A DNA stretch of 64,000 bases from Bacteroidota bacterium (GCA_947469885.1 CANIQT010000013.1:13604-77603), one strand, 5' to 3'; positions 1 through 10,321 are shown, counted from the stretch's first letter. Notes: generated by a model not told the origin, from the letters alone. A program made the numbers and translations.

Positions 1-484
1 CAATAACATCTGCCGATTTTTTTAACATCGACTTGGAGGTATCTGCACCAAAATAATCAATCTTACAATTCGATGATTTGGCAAAACGGGCAACCCATTG
101 ATTAAATGCCAAACCCGAAGTAAACGGACCACAGCCGATGTCAATAAACAAAACATTTCTGTCTTTAACAAACAAATGAAGAAAACCCGATTGATTTGCA
201 TAAAAAGCATAACTGCTCGAAAAGTGCATCTGAAAATAATAATAACAATACAGGTCAACCAACTGTTCGGGTTTTATGCCTTCCACCGAATTCTTAAAAT
301 CTCCTCTCCCAAAGTTGATTAATGTTTTGCGGTGCTCGCCTCGTATTGCAATTGCTTCTACCGAATCGCTGTCGTAGTCAGTTGGGTTTCCAATTTTTCC
401 TGATTCAAATAACTCATTGGCAGGTTTCAAAAACTGCTCTTCAAAAAGGGTTACAAGGGCAGCGCTAAGTTCTACGTGTATCAT
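1..484 (-). CDS. class I SAM-dependent methyltransferase, 5' part (gene continues beyond window start)
   Basis: The minus-strand frame is open from the ATG at complement 482-484 to position 1. The translation MIHVELSAALVTLFEEQF...NVLFIDIGCGPFTSGLAFNQWVARF contains the glycine-rich SAM-binding motif I (DIGCGPF). It is absent from the ORF track because there is no in-window stop. Confidence 0.5.
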   Translation of the reverse strand, partial: MIHVELSAALVTLFEEQFLKPANELFESGKIGNPTDYDSDSVEAIAIRGEHRKTLINFGRGDFKNSVEGIKPEQLVDLYCYYYFQMHFSSSYAFYANQSGFLHLFVKDRNVLFIDIGCGPFTSGLAFNQWVARFAKSSNCKIDYFGADTSKSMLKKSADVI

Positions 485-709
485 ATAATACTTCCTATTT
501 TATGCAAAACTAATCTTTTTTATTAAGCATGTCACGTCCAAACGTCAGGCATTGGCTCCCCTCTCCTTTTTTCAAAGGGCAAACAGCCTGTGGCTGTTTG
601 AGCCAGTCTGTGTGATAGCGGTCGGGGGTGAGGTCCCGAATTAATGCTATCTTTGCAAAAATAATTACATCACCAAATTTTCAAATCACCAAATCATCAA
701 ATCAATTAA

Positions 710-2014
710 ATGTCAAACATAGTAGCAATAGTAGGCCGACCAAACGTAGGAAAATCAACACTTTTCAACCGGTTAACAGATAGTAGAAAAGCAATAGTTG
801 ATTCCGAATCGGGCGTAACCCGCGACAGGCATTATGGAAAGTCGGAATGGAACGGAGTGGAGTTTTCTGTCATTGATACCGGTGGTTATGTAAAAGGCTC
901 TGACGATGTGTTTGAAGGAGAAATTCGCAAACAGGTAAAGCTTGCAATTGATGAAGCCAATGTAATATTATTTGTACTAGATGTTTCGGAAGGAATAACA
1001 GGAGATGATGAAGTGGTGGCAGATATGCTTCGCAGAGGAAAGAAAAAGGTATTTGTAATTTCAAACAAAGTAGATAACCATGTTCGCCAAGGTTTGTCGG
1101 GCGAGTTTTATGCACTTGGATTAGGCGAGCCATACAACATTTCTTCCATCAGTGGCAGTGGTACTGGCGATTTGCTAGATGATGTGGTAGAAGCATTGGA
1201 GAAAGATGTAAATGTGGAAGAGTTGGAAATACCTAAGTTTGCTATAGTAGGCAGACCTAACGTTGGAAAGTCTTCATTCATCAATGCCTTGCTTGGCAAA
1301 GAACGAAACATAGTTACCCCTATAGCTGGAACCACCCGCGATTCCATCAATACACGATACACTGCATTTAATCACGATTTCCTTTTGATTGATACCGCAG
1401 GTATTCGTAAGAAATCGAAAGTGGAAGAAGATTTGGAATTTTATTCGGTGATGCGCTCCATCCGTGCCATCGAAGATTGTGATGTGTGTTTGCTTTTAAT
1501 TGATGCAACATTAGGTTTGGAAGCTCAGGATTTAAACATATTTCACTTGGCAGAAAAAAACAGGAAAGGAATTGTAGTAGTCATTAATAAATGGGATTTG
1601 GTTGAAAAAAACACCAACTCCACAAAAGAATACGAAGAAAAAATTCGTGAAAAATTACAACCGTTTAAAGATGTTCCTATTGTGTTTACATCAGCATTAA
1701 CCAAACAGAGAGTGTTGAAAGCAATTGAAGTAGCCGAGAAAGTAAACGAAAGCAGAACTCGGACTATCAAGACAAGAGAACTGAATGATGTGATGTTACC
1801 AATCATAGAACACTCGCCACCACAAGCACTCAAAGGCAAACACGTGAAAGTAAAATTCATCACTCAGTTGCCAACACATGCTCCTTCGTTTGCATTTTAC
1901 TGTAACCTGCCCCAATATGTTTCGGAAGCTTACATTCGTTTTCTTGAAAATAGATTAAGAGAAAACTTTGATTTTAATGGAGTACCGATACAGGTATTTA
2001 TGAGGAAGAAATAA
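710..2014 (+). CDS. der: ribosome-associated GTPase Der (EngA), tandem G-domain protein
   Basis: The 434-aa product has two G domains, each with a GRPNVGKS(T/S) P-loop and a DTGG/DTAG switch, plus a C-terminal KH-like domain. This is the classic EngA architecture. Confidence 0.9.
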   Translation: MSNIVAIVGRPNVGKSTLFNRLTDSRKAIVDSESGVTRDRHYGKSEWNGVEFSVIDTGGYVKGSDDVFEGEIRKQVKLAIDEANVILFVLDVSEGITGDDEVVADMLRRGKKKVFVISNKVDNHVRQGLSGEFYALGLGEPYNISSISGSGTGDLLDDVVEALEKDVNVEELEIPKFAIVGRPNVGKSSFINALLGKERNIVTPIAGTTRDSINTRYTAFNHDFLLIDTAGIRKKSKVEEDLEFYSVMRSIRAIEDCDVCLLLIDATLGLEAQDLNIFHLAEKNRKGIVVVINKWDLVEKNTNSTKEYEEKIREKLQPFKDVPIVFTSALTKQRVLKAIEVAEKVNESRTRTIKTRELNDVMLPIIEHSPPQALKGKHVKVKFITQLPTHAPSFAFYCNLPQYVSEAYIRFLENRLRENFDFNGVPIQVFMRKK

Positions 2015-2041
2015 ATTACCAATTCCATTTTTAATGTATTT

Positions 2042-4231
2042 TTGTCTGGTCAAAATAAATCAACACAGAGTTTTATGATGCAAAAACTGATTACATTAAT
2101 TGTGATATTATTTTCCTTTCAAAATAATAGCTATAGTCAAACCTGCCAAGATGTGAGTGTTGAACTTACGGCAGTGGTGCAATCGAATCCTGGTCTCATA
2201 ACATTGAATTGGGTGGCAAATGCAGCAGCCAATTCTCATGTTGTTTTCAGGAAACTAAAAACCGCATCCTCCTGGGGAACCTTTGTAGCAAGTCTTCCGG
2301 GCACAACTACACAATATATAGATTCAACAGTTGCTGTTGGTGTCAGTTATGAATATCAAATTATTCGCACAGGCACAGGGTTTTCGGGCTACGGATATAT
2401 TAATTCAGGAATATTAATTCCGGCAACGGAACAAAGAGGAAGTTTAATTTTGTTAGTTGACAGTTCATTTGCTTCTCCGCTTTCTCCTGAAATTACAAGA
2501 CTTCAAAAGGATTTGGAAGGAGACGGGTGGAAAGTAATAACACATACTATTTCTCGAACAGCTTCTGTACCATCTGTAAAATCAATCATTGCAGCAGATT
2601 ATAACAACGACCCGACAAATACTAAAGCATTGTTTTTACTGGGACACATTCCTGTTCCGTACAGCGGAGACCTTAATCCTGACGGGCATCCCGACCATGA
2701 AGGAGCCTGGCCTGCAGATGTATTTTATGGAGATATGAACGGCACATGGACAGATGCATCAATAAATGTTTCAGTTGCTTCCGACCCCAGAAACATTAAT
2801 ATTGCAGGTGATGGGAAGTACGACCAATCAATGGTTCCTGGAAATGTTTCATTACAAATAGGAAGAGTAGATTTTGCAAACATGCCTGCCTTTGTTTCTT
2901 CCGAACAACAATTGCTTCAGAATTATTTAAACAAAGATCATGATTACCGAAACAAAGTTTTCACTGCTGTTCATCGTGCAGTAATTGATGATAACTTTGG
3001 ATACTTTGGCGGAGAAGCATTTGCAGCAAGTGGCTGGAGAAATGCAAGTCCATTGGTTGGCACTGCTAATGTAAGCGCAAATGATTATTTTACAACCATG
3101 ACAGGCAATAGTTACCTCTGGTCTTATGGTTGTGGAGGTGGTACTTATACAAGTGCTGGAGGAGTTGGAGCAACTACTGATTTCACAACATCAAATCTAC
3201 AAGGAGTTTTCTCTATGTTGTTCGGCAGTTATTTTGGCGACTGGGATTCGCAAAACAATTTCTTAAGAGCTCCTCTTGCACAAGGAACAACATTAACTAA
3301 CGTTTGGGCAGGCCGACCTCATTGGGTTTTTCATCACATGGGATTAGGAGAAAACATTGGTTATGATGTAAAAGTTACGCAAAGCAATAATAGCCTTTAC
3401 TCCTACAACTATGGCGGTCGCTTTGTTCATATAGCCCTCATGGGCGACCCAACATTAAGAAATGACATTATTGCACCGGTTTCAAATGTTGTTGCCACAT
3501 CAACCGGAACCAATGCAATCATTTCCTGGACTGCTTCTGCGGATACTGTACTTGGATATAATATTTACATGAAAAATGATTCTACAACAAATTATGAGAG
3601 GATTAATTCAACTCCAATAACCGGAACTACTTATACAGATATGTGTTTGCTTTATCCAGGAGTTTATACTTATATGGTGCGTGCAGTGGTATGTCAGGTT
3701 TCTCCTAGTGGTTCGTATTACAACATGAGTGAAGGCATAAGCGATACCACCTGGAACAATAATTATCTTGCAATAAACATAAATGCAACTTATACAATCG
3801 CAGGAAATGCAGTAACATTTACAAACACTTCTACTAATGCTACGAGCTATGAATGGATTTTTGGAGATGGTAACACAAGCACCTTTGCTAGTCCTGTACA
3901 CACGTACCCAAGCGGAAATTACAATACATTACTAATTGCAACAAACGGATGTAATACAGATACACTGGTTATTTATATTCCACTTTCTGCCGGAATAAAT
4001 GAATTGAGAACAAATGATATATCAATTTTTCCAAACCCAACAACCGGGAAATTTCAACTAACAACTAATAACAATCAATCAACAACTATTACAATCAGCA
4101 ATACATTAGGAGAAATAATTTTGGAAGTAAAAGATTTAAAATCTAATTTTGAAATTGATTTGTCAAATCAACCAAAAGGAATTTATTTTCTAAGAATAGG
4201 AAATATAAATAGAAAAATAATAAAACAATAA
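2042..4231 (+). CDS. secreted multidomain protein with Fn3-like N-terminus, PKD domain and T9SS type-A C-terminal sorting domain; function unknown
   Basis: A signal peptide is most likely from the internal Met, MMQKLITLIVILFSFQNNSYSQ, giving an alternative start near 2075. A PKD-like block reads YEWIFGDGNTSTFASPVHTYPSGNYNTLLIATNGCNTDT. The C-terminal ISIFPNPTTGKFQL...KGIYFLRIGN fits the Por secretion tail (CTD) pattern. Confidence 0.6.
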   Translation: MSGQNKSTQSFMMQKLITLIVILFSFQNNSYSQTCQDVSVELTAVVQSNPGLITLNWVANAAANSHVVFRKLKTASSWGTFVASLPGTTTQYIDSTVAVGVSYEYQIIRTGTGFSGYGYINSGILIPATEQRGSLILLVDSSFASPLSPEITRLQKDLEGDGWKVITHTISRTASVPSVKSIIAADYNNDPTNTKALFLLGHIPVPYSGDLNPDGHPDHEGAWPADVFYGDMNGTWTDASINVSVASDPRNINIAGDGKYDQSMVPGNVSLQIGRVDFANMPAFVSSEQQLLQNYLNKDHDYRNKVFTAVHRAVIDDNFGYFGGEAFAASGWRNASPLVGTANVSANDYFTTMTGNSYLWSYGCGGGTYTSAGGVGATTDFTTSNLQGVFSMLFGSYFGDWDSQNNFLRAPLAQGTTLTNVWAGRPHWVFHHMGLGENIGYDVKVTQSNNSLYSYNYGGRFVHIALMGDPTLRNDIIAPVSNVVATSTGTNAIISWTASADTVLGYNIYMKNDSTTNYERINSTPITGTTYTDMCLLYPGVYTYMVRAVVCQVSPSGSYYNMSEGISDTTWNNNYLAININATYTIAGNAVTFTNTSTNATSYEWIFGDGNTSTFASPVHTYPSGNYNTLLIATNGCNTDTLVIYIPLSAGINELRTNDISIFPNPTTGKFQLTTNNNQSTTITISNTLGEIILEVKDLKSNFEIDLSNQPKGIYFLRIGNINRKIIKQ

Positions 4232-4246
4232 GTAACACATTTCAGG

Positions 4247-4275
4247 CTCCGTAACCCCTCCCCTTTTTCCAAGGG
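4247..4275 (+). terminator. GC-rich hairpin (CCCCTCCCC / GGGGAGGGG) after the CTD protein gene; part of a dispersed element
   Basis: A perfect 9-bp inverted repeat, cccctcccc-tttttccaa-ggggagggg, lies immediately after the stop at 4231. Confidence 0.45.
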
Positions 4276-4312
4276 GAGGGGAAAGGGGTGAGGTCTAACA
4301 AATAAAATATTT

Positions 4313-6358
4313 ATGAAATTACAAAACTATGCCCTAGGTAAATGGCAATCAGGTGAAGGCGAAGGACAGACACTATTTAATGCCATTAATGGTGATACAA
4401 TAGCCACGGCATCAAGCAAAGGATTAGATTTTGCTGAGATGATGAACTATGCTAGAAAAGTGGGAGGACCAGCATTACGTAAACTTACTTTTCAGGAAAG
4501 AGGAAGAATGTTGAAAGCATTAGCTTTACATCTTCAATCAAAAAAAGAAGTCTTTTATAAATTAAGCTGGGCAACCGGAGCAACCAGAACTGACAGCTGG
4601 GTAGACATTGAAGGTGGAATCGGAAATTTATTTGCTTATGCAAGTCTAAGAAGACAATTTCCTGATGAAACATTTTGCCTTGAAGGAGATGTTGCAAAGC
4701 TTAGTAAAAATGGCACGTTCATAGGTCATCACATCTGTGTACCGAAAGAAGGAGTGGCCATTCATATCAATGCATTTAACTTTCCTGTGTGGGGAATGTT
4801 GGAAAAAATAGCCGTTAACCTTTTTGCAGGTGTGCCTGCAATCGTAAAACCAGCAACCGTTACATCGTTTTTAACTGAAGCAGTAGTAAAAGAAATAGCA
4901 GATTCAAAAATACTTCCTGAAGGCGCTTTACAATTAATTTGTGGAAGCGCTAATGGAATTTTAGACCATGTAGAATCACAAGATATCGTAACATTTACAG
5001 GTTCGGCAAGCACAGGTAAAATGCTGAAAGCACATCCCCGTTTACTGGAAGAAGCTGTGCCATTTAATATGGAAGCAGATTCTTTAAACTGTTGTGTACT
5101 TGGTTCAGATGCGGTTCCAGGAACTCCGGAGTTTGATATTTTCATTAAAGAAGTTCTAAGAGAAATGACTACCAAAGCAGGGCAAAAATGTACTGCAGTA
5201 AGAAGAATTATTGTTCCTGAAAATTTAGTGGAGGATGTACAAATAGCTATGGGTAAGCGATTAGTCACCACTACTATTGGCGACCCAAATGTGGAAGGTG
5301 TACGAATGGGAGCATTGGCTGGCAAATCACAACAAAAAGAAGTAGCAGAAAAAGTAATGCAATTAGCCAAAACACAGGAAATTGTTTTCGGTGATTTAAA
5401 TAACTTCTCGGTAACCGGTGCAGACAAAGAAAAAGGAGCGTTTATGTCTCCTATATTATTCTTAAATAAAAATCCATTTAAGAATTTGGATTGCCATAGC
5501 GTTGAAGCCTTTGGCCCTGTAAGTACTATTATGCCTTATAAAACCATTGAGGAAGCAATTGAATTAGCCAAGATGGGAAAAGGTTCTTTAGTTTGTTCGA
5601 TTATAACAGGAGATGATAAAATTGCAAAACAATTTGTAATCGGTGCTGCGTGTATGCACGGTCGTATTTTAGTTTTGAATGCTGATTGTGTTAAAGAAAG
5701 CACTGGTCATGGTTCTCCAATGCCTATGCTTACTCATGGCGGACCAGGAAGAGCTGGTGGTGGCGAAGAGATGGGAGGCAAAAGGGGAGTGTTTCATTAT
5801 CTGCAACGAACCGCTATTCAAGGCTCTCCAACTTCGATTACAAATATTACCAATAATTATCAATACGGTGCAAAATATATTCAAAAAGAAATTCATCCCT
5901 TCAAAAGATATTTTGAAGAACTCGAAATTGGTGAAACTTTAATTACGGATACTCACCTTGTAACTCTTGAAAATATTGAAGCATTTGCAGAGTTAAGTGG
6001 CGATAAATTTTATGCACACATGGATGCAAACTCACTTGAAGGTACCATTTTTACAGGTCGAGTAGCTCATGGATATTATATTTTATCTCGCGCTGCAGGT
6101 TTATTTGTGGATGCTCCTAAAGGTCCTGTGTTGCTAAATTATGGAATTGATGAGTGTAGATTTACAAAACCTGTTTACCCAGGAGCAACTATCGGAGTCC
6201 GATTTACTTGTAAGGAAAAAGTTGAACAGGAAAAGAAAACAGAAGAAGATATTGCAAAAGGAATTGTAAAATGGCTGGTAGATGTGTTTGACGAAACAGG
6301 AGAAACAGTTGCTATAGCTACAATTCTCACAATGGTGAAAAAGAAAAACCAGGATTAA
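4313..6358 (+). CDS. paaZ: bifunctional PaaZ-type protein: N-terminal aldehyde dehydrogenase fused to C-terminal MaoC-like (R)-hydratase (oxepin-CoA hydrolase / 3-oxo-5,6-dehydrosuberyl-CoA semialdehyde dehydrogenase)
   Basis: The product is 681 aa, the same length as E. coli PaaZ. It shows long recognisable collinear blocks with E. coli PaaZ: AFNFPVWGMLEKIA, MEADSLNCCVLG, TTKAGQKCTAVRRIIVPE, ESTGHGSPMPMLTHGGPGRAGGGEEMGG, YLQRTAIQGSPT, IHPFKRYFEELEIGETL, GDKFYAHMD and RVAHGYYILSRAAGLFVDA. Confidence 0.85.
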   Translation: MKLQNYALGKWQSGEGEGQTLFNAINGDTIATASSKGLDFAEMMNYARKVGGPALRKLTFQERGRMLKALALHLQSKKEVFYKLSWATGATRTDSWVDIEGGIGNLFAYASLRRQFPDETFCLEGDVAKLSKNGTFIGHHICVPKEGVAIHINAFNFPVWGMLEKIAVNLFAGVPAIVKPATVTSFLTEAVVKEIADSKILPEGALQLICGSANGILDHVESQDIVTFTGSASTGKMLKAHPRLLEEAVPFNMEADSLNCCVLGSDAVPGTPEFDIFIKEVLREMTTKAGQKCTAVRRIIVPENLVEDVQIAMGKRLVTTTIGDPNVEGVRMGALAGKSQQKEVAEKVMQLAKTQEIVFGDLNNFSVTGADKEKGAFMSPILFLNKNPFKNLDCHSVEAFGPVSTIMPYKTIEEAIELAKMGKGSLVCSIITGDDKIAKQFVIGAACMHGRILVLNADCVKESTGHGSPMPMLTHGGPGRAGGGEEMGGKRGVFHYLQRTAIQGSPTSITNITNNYQYGAKYIQKEIHPFKRYFEELEIGETLITDTHLVTLENIEAFAELSGDKFYAHMDANSLEGTIFTGRVAHGYYILSRAAGLFVDAPKGPVLLNYGIDECRFTKPVYPGATIGVRFTCKEKVEQEKKTEEDIAKGIVKWLVDVFDETGETVAIATILTMVKKKNQD

Positions 6359-6364
6359 TAAATT

Positions 6365-6688
6365 ATGTTAGACAAAAATGTTTTAAACGGAAAAGATTAT
6401 TACGCTGTAATTTTCTCAAACACAAAATCGGACGATATGGAAGGTTATGCAGAGATGGATAATTTGACAATGGAACTAGCAGCAAAACAAAAAGGCTACC
6501 TTGGTTTCGAAGCTGTATCGAACGGGAAGAATACTGTTTTTGTTTCATATTGGGAAACCAAGGAAGATATTAATGAATGGAGTAAAAATGCCGTCCACCT
6601 TAAAGTAAAAGCGAATGCTCACAAGTGGTACACACGGTATTTAAGCCAAATTTGCAAAGTAGAAAATTCTCGTTATTTTGAATACTAA
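6365..6688 (+). CDS. small ABM/Dabb-like (antibiotic biosynthesis monooxygenase fold) protein, hypothetical
   Basis: This 107-aa ORF is tightly linked, 7 nt downstream of paaZ. Its size and alternating hydrophobic pattern are compatible with a ferredoxin-like ABM fold. The assignment is weak. Confidence 0.35.
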   Translation: MLDKNVLNGKDYYAVIFSNTKSDDMEGYAEMDNLTMELAAKQKGYLGFEAVSNGKNTVFVSYWETKEDINEWSKNAVHLKVKANAHKWYTRYLSQICKVENSRYFEY

Positions 6689-6697
6689 TTTAATACC

Positions 6698-7108
6698 ATG
6701 GAAAGAAAAATTTACAACCCGATTCAAAAAGATACAGTAACTTTTTTAAAAACGGCTGAAGATACCAACGGTGAATACACTCAGGTGGAAGTAGAACTTA
6801 CCAATGGAGGCGGTGTCGGACTACATTATCATAAAACATATTCGGAACGATTTACATGTTCAGAGGGTGAAGTGCAAGTGCAGTTGAATAAAAGTATTCT
6901 TACCCTTGCACCTAAAGAATCCGCAATTGCACATCCTAATGTAAATCATTTTTTCAGAAACAGGTCGGGCAAAACATGTAAATTTATAGTAGAACTTCGC
7001 CCGGCAAGCCGGGGATTTGAACAATCTTTGCAAATTGGTTACGGACCGGCTCGAGATGGACAGACAAAAAAGAATGGCTTCCCAAAGGATAAATTAGCTT
7101 TAGCCTAG
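6698..7108 (+). CDS. cupin domain protein
   Basis: The 136-aa product has the G(X)5HXH-like motif GLHYHKTYSERF and a second conserved-barrel segment, typical of the small RmlC-like cupins. Confidence 0.5.
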   Translation: MERKIYNPIQKDTVTFLKTAEDTNGEYTQVEVELTNGGGVGLHYHKTYSERFTCSEGEVQVQLNKSILTLAPKESAIAHPNVNHFFRNRSGKTCKFIVELRPASRGFEQSLQIGYGPARDGQTKKNGFPKDKLALA

Positions 7109-7383
7109 CTGTTTGATATTAGCGAAAGTAACTTTCCAGGCTGGATGAGCATTTTTGAATTCATCCTTCGAAAACAAGCTAAGAAAGCCAAACTCAAAGG
7201 TATTAACCAATTTTTAGATAATAAATACGTCAAATTTTAATCGGTTTATTTTCGTCTTTTAATAATCTAATGTTTCTACCCTTAATGGCAGATTCATCGA
7301 TGATTAAAAAATAATCCACTAATTATTTCATTTCTAACGATTTATTTGTATATCTTTGTACTCTTGCCTAAATAATAAATGTC

Positions 7384-7836
7384 ATGTTTGAAATATTAAA
7401 AAGTTTTGAAACTAAGTTTGGTCATCTAAAGAAGAAAGGATTGACCATTGAAGGATTATCTTTGATAGACGTTAAAAAGAAGAAACACGTAATCAAAATT
7501 TCCCGCCCTTTAGTATTTGATAATCGTTTGCTTCCAAAGCGTTTCGAAGGTTTGGATATCAAGACAAATATTAAATTAACGGATGAATTGCCAAAAGAAT
7601 TTAACGTAGACCGTAGTCAACCTGATTGGCATAAAAAGCAATACATCTGGGCTCCTGAACGATTTGTAAAGTATGTTAATCGTTGCGAAAAAGAAATTAA
7701 AGCACAATTAAATAGTCCTTTAATGACCAAGCCGGAATTGCTAGATGCATTGTGTTTCGGTAATTACGAAGAGCACAAACAAAAAAGTATGCAATTGATT
7801 AAAGAAGGTAAATTGCCTGCATATAGTGAGAATTAA
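7384..7836 (+). CDS. hypothetical protein (150 aa, basic, no recognisable motif)
   Basis: It is an intact ORF in a coding-like composition context, followed by a hairpin and T-run terminator. Confidence 0.4.
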   Translation: MFEILKSFETKFGHLKKKGLTIEGLSLIDVKKKKHVIKISRPLVFDNRLLPKRFEGLDIKTNIKLTDELPKEFNVDRSQPDWHKKQYIWAPERFVKYVNRCEKEIKAQLNSPLMTKPELLDALCFGNYEEHKQKSMQLIKEGKLPAYSEN

Positions 7837-7859
7837 TTTATTTTAATTTTACAGATATA

Positions 7860-7896
7860 AAAAGCACGTTGAGAAATCAAGGTGCTTTTTTATTTT
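7860..7896 (+). terminator. rho-independent terminator
   Basis: The sequence aaaagcac-gttgagaaatcaag-gtgctttttt forms a hairpin followed by a T-run. Confidence 0.5.
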
Positions 7897-7947
7897 ACTT
7901 TATTTACCTTCGCCTCAAATATTAAATACGAAATTCTAAATCAGTTT

Positions 7948-8706
7948 ATGGAAGGTTACGTTAAATCAGCTACTACAAACAATATTACAACAATTACTTT
8001 TTTTCATCCACAAAGCAATTCTTTGCCCGGAACATTATTAAGACAATTAGCTGAAGAAATTACCAACGCAGGAAATGATTCAAATGCAAAAGTTATTGTT
8101 CTTCAAAGTGAAGGTGAAAAAGCTTTTTGTGCAGGTGCATCATTTGATGAATTAATTATTATTAAAGATTTTGAAACAGGAAAGAAGTTTTTCTCCGGAT
8201 TTGCATTAGTAATAAATGCTATTCGGACCGCCCCAAAGTTTGTTCTTGCAAGGGTCCAAGGAAAAGCAGTTGGTGGTGGTGTTGGAATTGCAAGTGCAGC
8301 TGATTACACATTAGCACTTGAATCCGCTTCAGTAAAATTAAGTGAATTAGCAGTTGGAATTGGTCCGTTTGTAGTTGGTCCTGCCGTTGAAAGAAAAATA
8401 GGAACATCTGCTTTTACTTCTTTATCCATCAATGCAACTGAATGGCAAACTGCTGACTGGGCTAAAGAAAAAGGATTGTATGTTGAAATATATAAAACAG
8501 TTGGTGAAATGGACACAGCTATCGCCACTTTAGCAACTCAACTTTCCAACTCAAATCCAGAAGCCATGCAGATGCTTAAAAAAATATTCTGGAAAGGAAC
8601 TGAAAACTGGGACACACTTTTAATTGAACGTGCGGAAATGAGCGGCAAATTGGTGCTTTCAGAATTTACTGTTAATGCAATAAATAAATTCAAATCAAAA
8701 TCTTAA
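7948..8706 (+). CDS. enoyl-CoA hydratase/isomerase (crotonase) family protein
   Basis: The track ORF 7882..8706 runs into the upstream terminator T-run. The likely start is the ATG at 7948 (MEGYVKS...). The crotonase oxyanion-hole regions read AFCAGASFDEL and GKAVGGGVGIASAADYTLA. Confidence 0.75.
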   Translation: MEGYVKSATTNNITTITFFHPQSNSLPGTLLRQLAEEITNAGNDSNAKVIVLQSEGEKAFCAGASFDELIIIKDFETGKKFFSGFALVINAIRTAPKFVLARVQGKAVGGGVGIASAADYTLALESASVKLSELAVGIGPFVVGPAVERKIGTSAFTSLSINATEWQTADWAKEKGLYVEIYKTVGEMDTAIATLATQLSNSNPEAMQMLKKIFWKGTENWDTLLIERAEMSGKLVLSEFTVNAINKFKSKS

Positions 8707-8707
8707 T

Positions 8708-9007
8708 ATGCTTAGCGATTCAACAACTACTATGAAACGGCTTTTAAATGTAGGCGTTGGTGAAGGAATATCATTTATTGTTTTACTTGGAATTGCAATG
8801 CCATTAAAATATATTGCTGGCATGCACACTCCCGTGCGTATTACAGGAAGTATTCACGGTGTATTGTTTATTTGGTATGCAATTGTGTTGTTACAAGCAA
8901 AGTTTGCTAACGGATTTTCGAATAAAAAAACGGCAATCGCTTTTCTCTTGTCTTTTCTGCCTTTCGGTACCTTTTTCCTAAAAAAAATAGTATTGATGGA
9001 CATTTAA
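8708..9007 (+). CDS. small integral membrane protein (DUF3817-like)
   Basis: The 99-aa product has two or three hydrophobic helices. The start may be the internal MKRLL. Confidence 0.4.
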   Translation: MLSDSTTTMKRLLNVGVGEGISFIVLLGIAMPLKYIAGMHTPVRITGSIHGVLFIWYAIVLLQAKFANGFSNKKTAIAFLLSFLPFGTFFLKKIVLMDI

Positions 9008-9010
9008 ATT

Positions 9011-10321
9011 CTATTTCGAAATCTCCATCTTTACTTTCTTGTTTTTTATTTTTTCATTCTTAACTAAAGAAAGGACTAAATCAATTTTTTTTCTGCTTAT
9101 TGCGGCATAAGAAGTAAAATCTAATACTTCAATTAAACCCAAATCATCCTTATTTAGCTTCCCTTTTTGCAATAGCATCCCTACTATATCCATTTTATTT
9201 ATCTTATCCTTTTTTCCAGACCCAATATAAAGTGTACACCAAGAAGTATTTTCGGGGATCAAGTTTTTTTCGGAAAGCTTTTCTTCTATAGGTTTTTCTT
9301 TTATAAAGGCTGGAACATATTCACCCTCTGATAAAATTAAATAAGAAGTTCCTGATGCATTCATTCTTGCCGTGCGCCCGTTTCGGTGAATAAATATTTC
9401 CTCGGTATGAGGTAATTGGTAATGAATAATGTTTTTTATTTCAGGAATATCAAGTCCTCTAGAAGCTAAATCAGTAGTGACTAAAATATTGTTAGTACCG
9501 TTTCTCAGCTTTATCAGTGCCCGCTCTCTGTCCTCCTGTTCCATCTTACCATGAAATGTACCATGCAACAATCCTTTCTCTTTAAGCAAATCACTGATAC
9601 GGTCCACAGCATCCCGGTGATTACAAAATACAAGAGTTCCTATATTACCTAACTTACAAATTAAACCAAACAAAGTATCCAGTTTGTCTTTTCCTTCTGA
9701 TTTTACAATTCTTAATTTTAATCCTTTGGGTTGAGTTGGCGAGTTGTTTAGAAAATTTAATTCGAAAGGGTTAGTAACCCCAGTAAATTCAGGTATTTCC
9801 ACAAGGTTTGTAGCAGAAGTAAGTATCCTTTTTTTTAATTTTTTTAATTGGAAAATTATAAACATCATTTCCTCTTTGAAACCGAATTCCAGTGCTTTAT
9901 CAAACTCATCAAGGACTAAAGATGTAATAGATGAAGTATCAAAATTATTATTCCTAATGTGATAAGCAATCCTCCCTGGTGTTCCGATAAGCAATGCTGG
10001 AGGATGTTCTAGGTTGTTCTTTTCTGTCTTTGTGGAATGGCCGCCATAACAACAATTTACCTTAAATCCCGTGTTCATTAATTTAAATACTTGTTCTATC
10101 TGCAATCCTAACTCTCTTGAAGGGACAATTATCAATGCTTGAATACCTAGACAATTTTTATCTAAAGAAATCAATAGCGGCAATAAAAACCCAATTGTTT
10201 TTCCAGAACCTGTAGGTGAAAGTAAAACTATATCATTATATTTTTTACTTGCCTCAATAGTTGAAAGTTGCATTTCATTCAGCTTTGCAACATTTAGATT
10301 ATCAAGTATTTTTTGTATCAT
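9011..10321 (-). CDS. DEAD-box ATP-dependent RNA helicase
   Basis: It carries motif I SPTGSGKT, motif II VLDEFD, motif Ib TPGRI, motif III SAT and motif VI HRNGRTAR. Confidence 0.85.
   Translation of the reverse strand: MIQKILDNLNVAKLNEMQLSTIEASKKYNDIVLLSPTGSGKTIGFLLPLLISLDKNCLGIQALIIVPSRELGLQIEQVFKLMNTGFKVNCCYGGHSTKTEKNNLEHPPALLIGTPGRIAYHIRNNNFDTSSITSLVLDEFDKALEFGFKEEMMFIIFQLKKLKKRILTSATNLVEIPEFTGVTNPFELNFLNNSPTQPKGLKLRIVKSEGKDKLDTLFGLICKLGNIGTLVFCNHRDAVDRISDLLKEKGLLHGTFHGKMEQEDRERALIKLRNGTNNILVTTDLASRGLDIPEIKNIIHYQLPHTEEIFIHRNGRTARMNASGTSYLILSEGEYVPAFIKEKPIEEKLSEKNLIPENTSWCTLYIGSGKKDKINKMDIVGMLLQKGKLNKDDLGLIEVLDFTSYAAISRKKIDLVLSLVKNEKIKNKKVKMEISK

Noticed and set aside
870-1863. Minus-strand ORFs inside der (870..1133, 886..1068, 1108..1362, 1543..1863)
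   Set aside because: They are antisense to a highly conserved GTPase gene.
4762-5427. 221-aa minus-strand ORF
   Set aside because: It is antisense inside the strongly supported paaZ gene.
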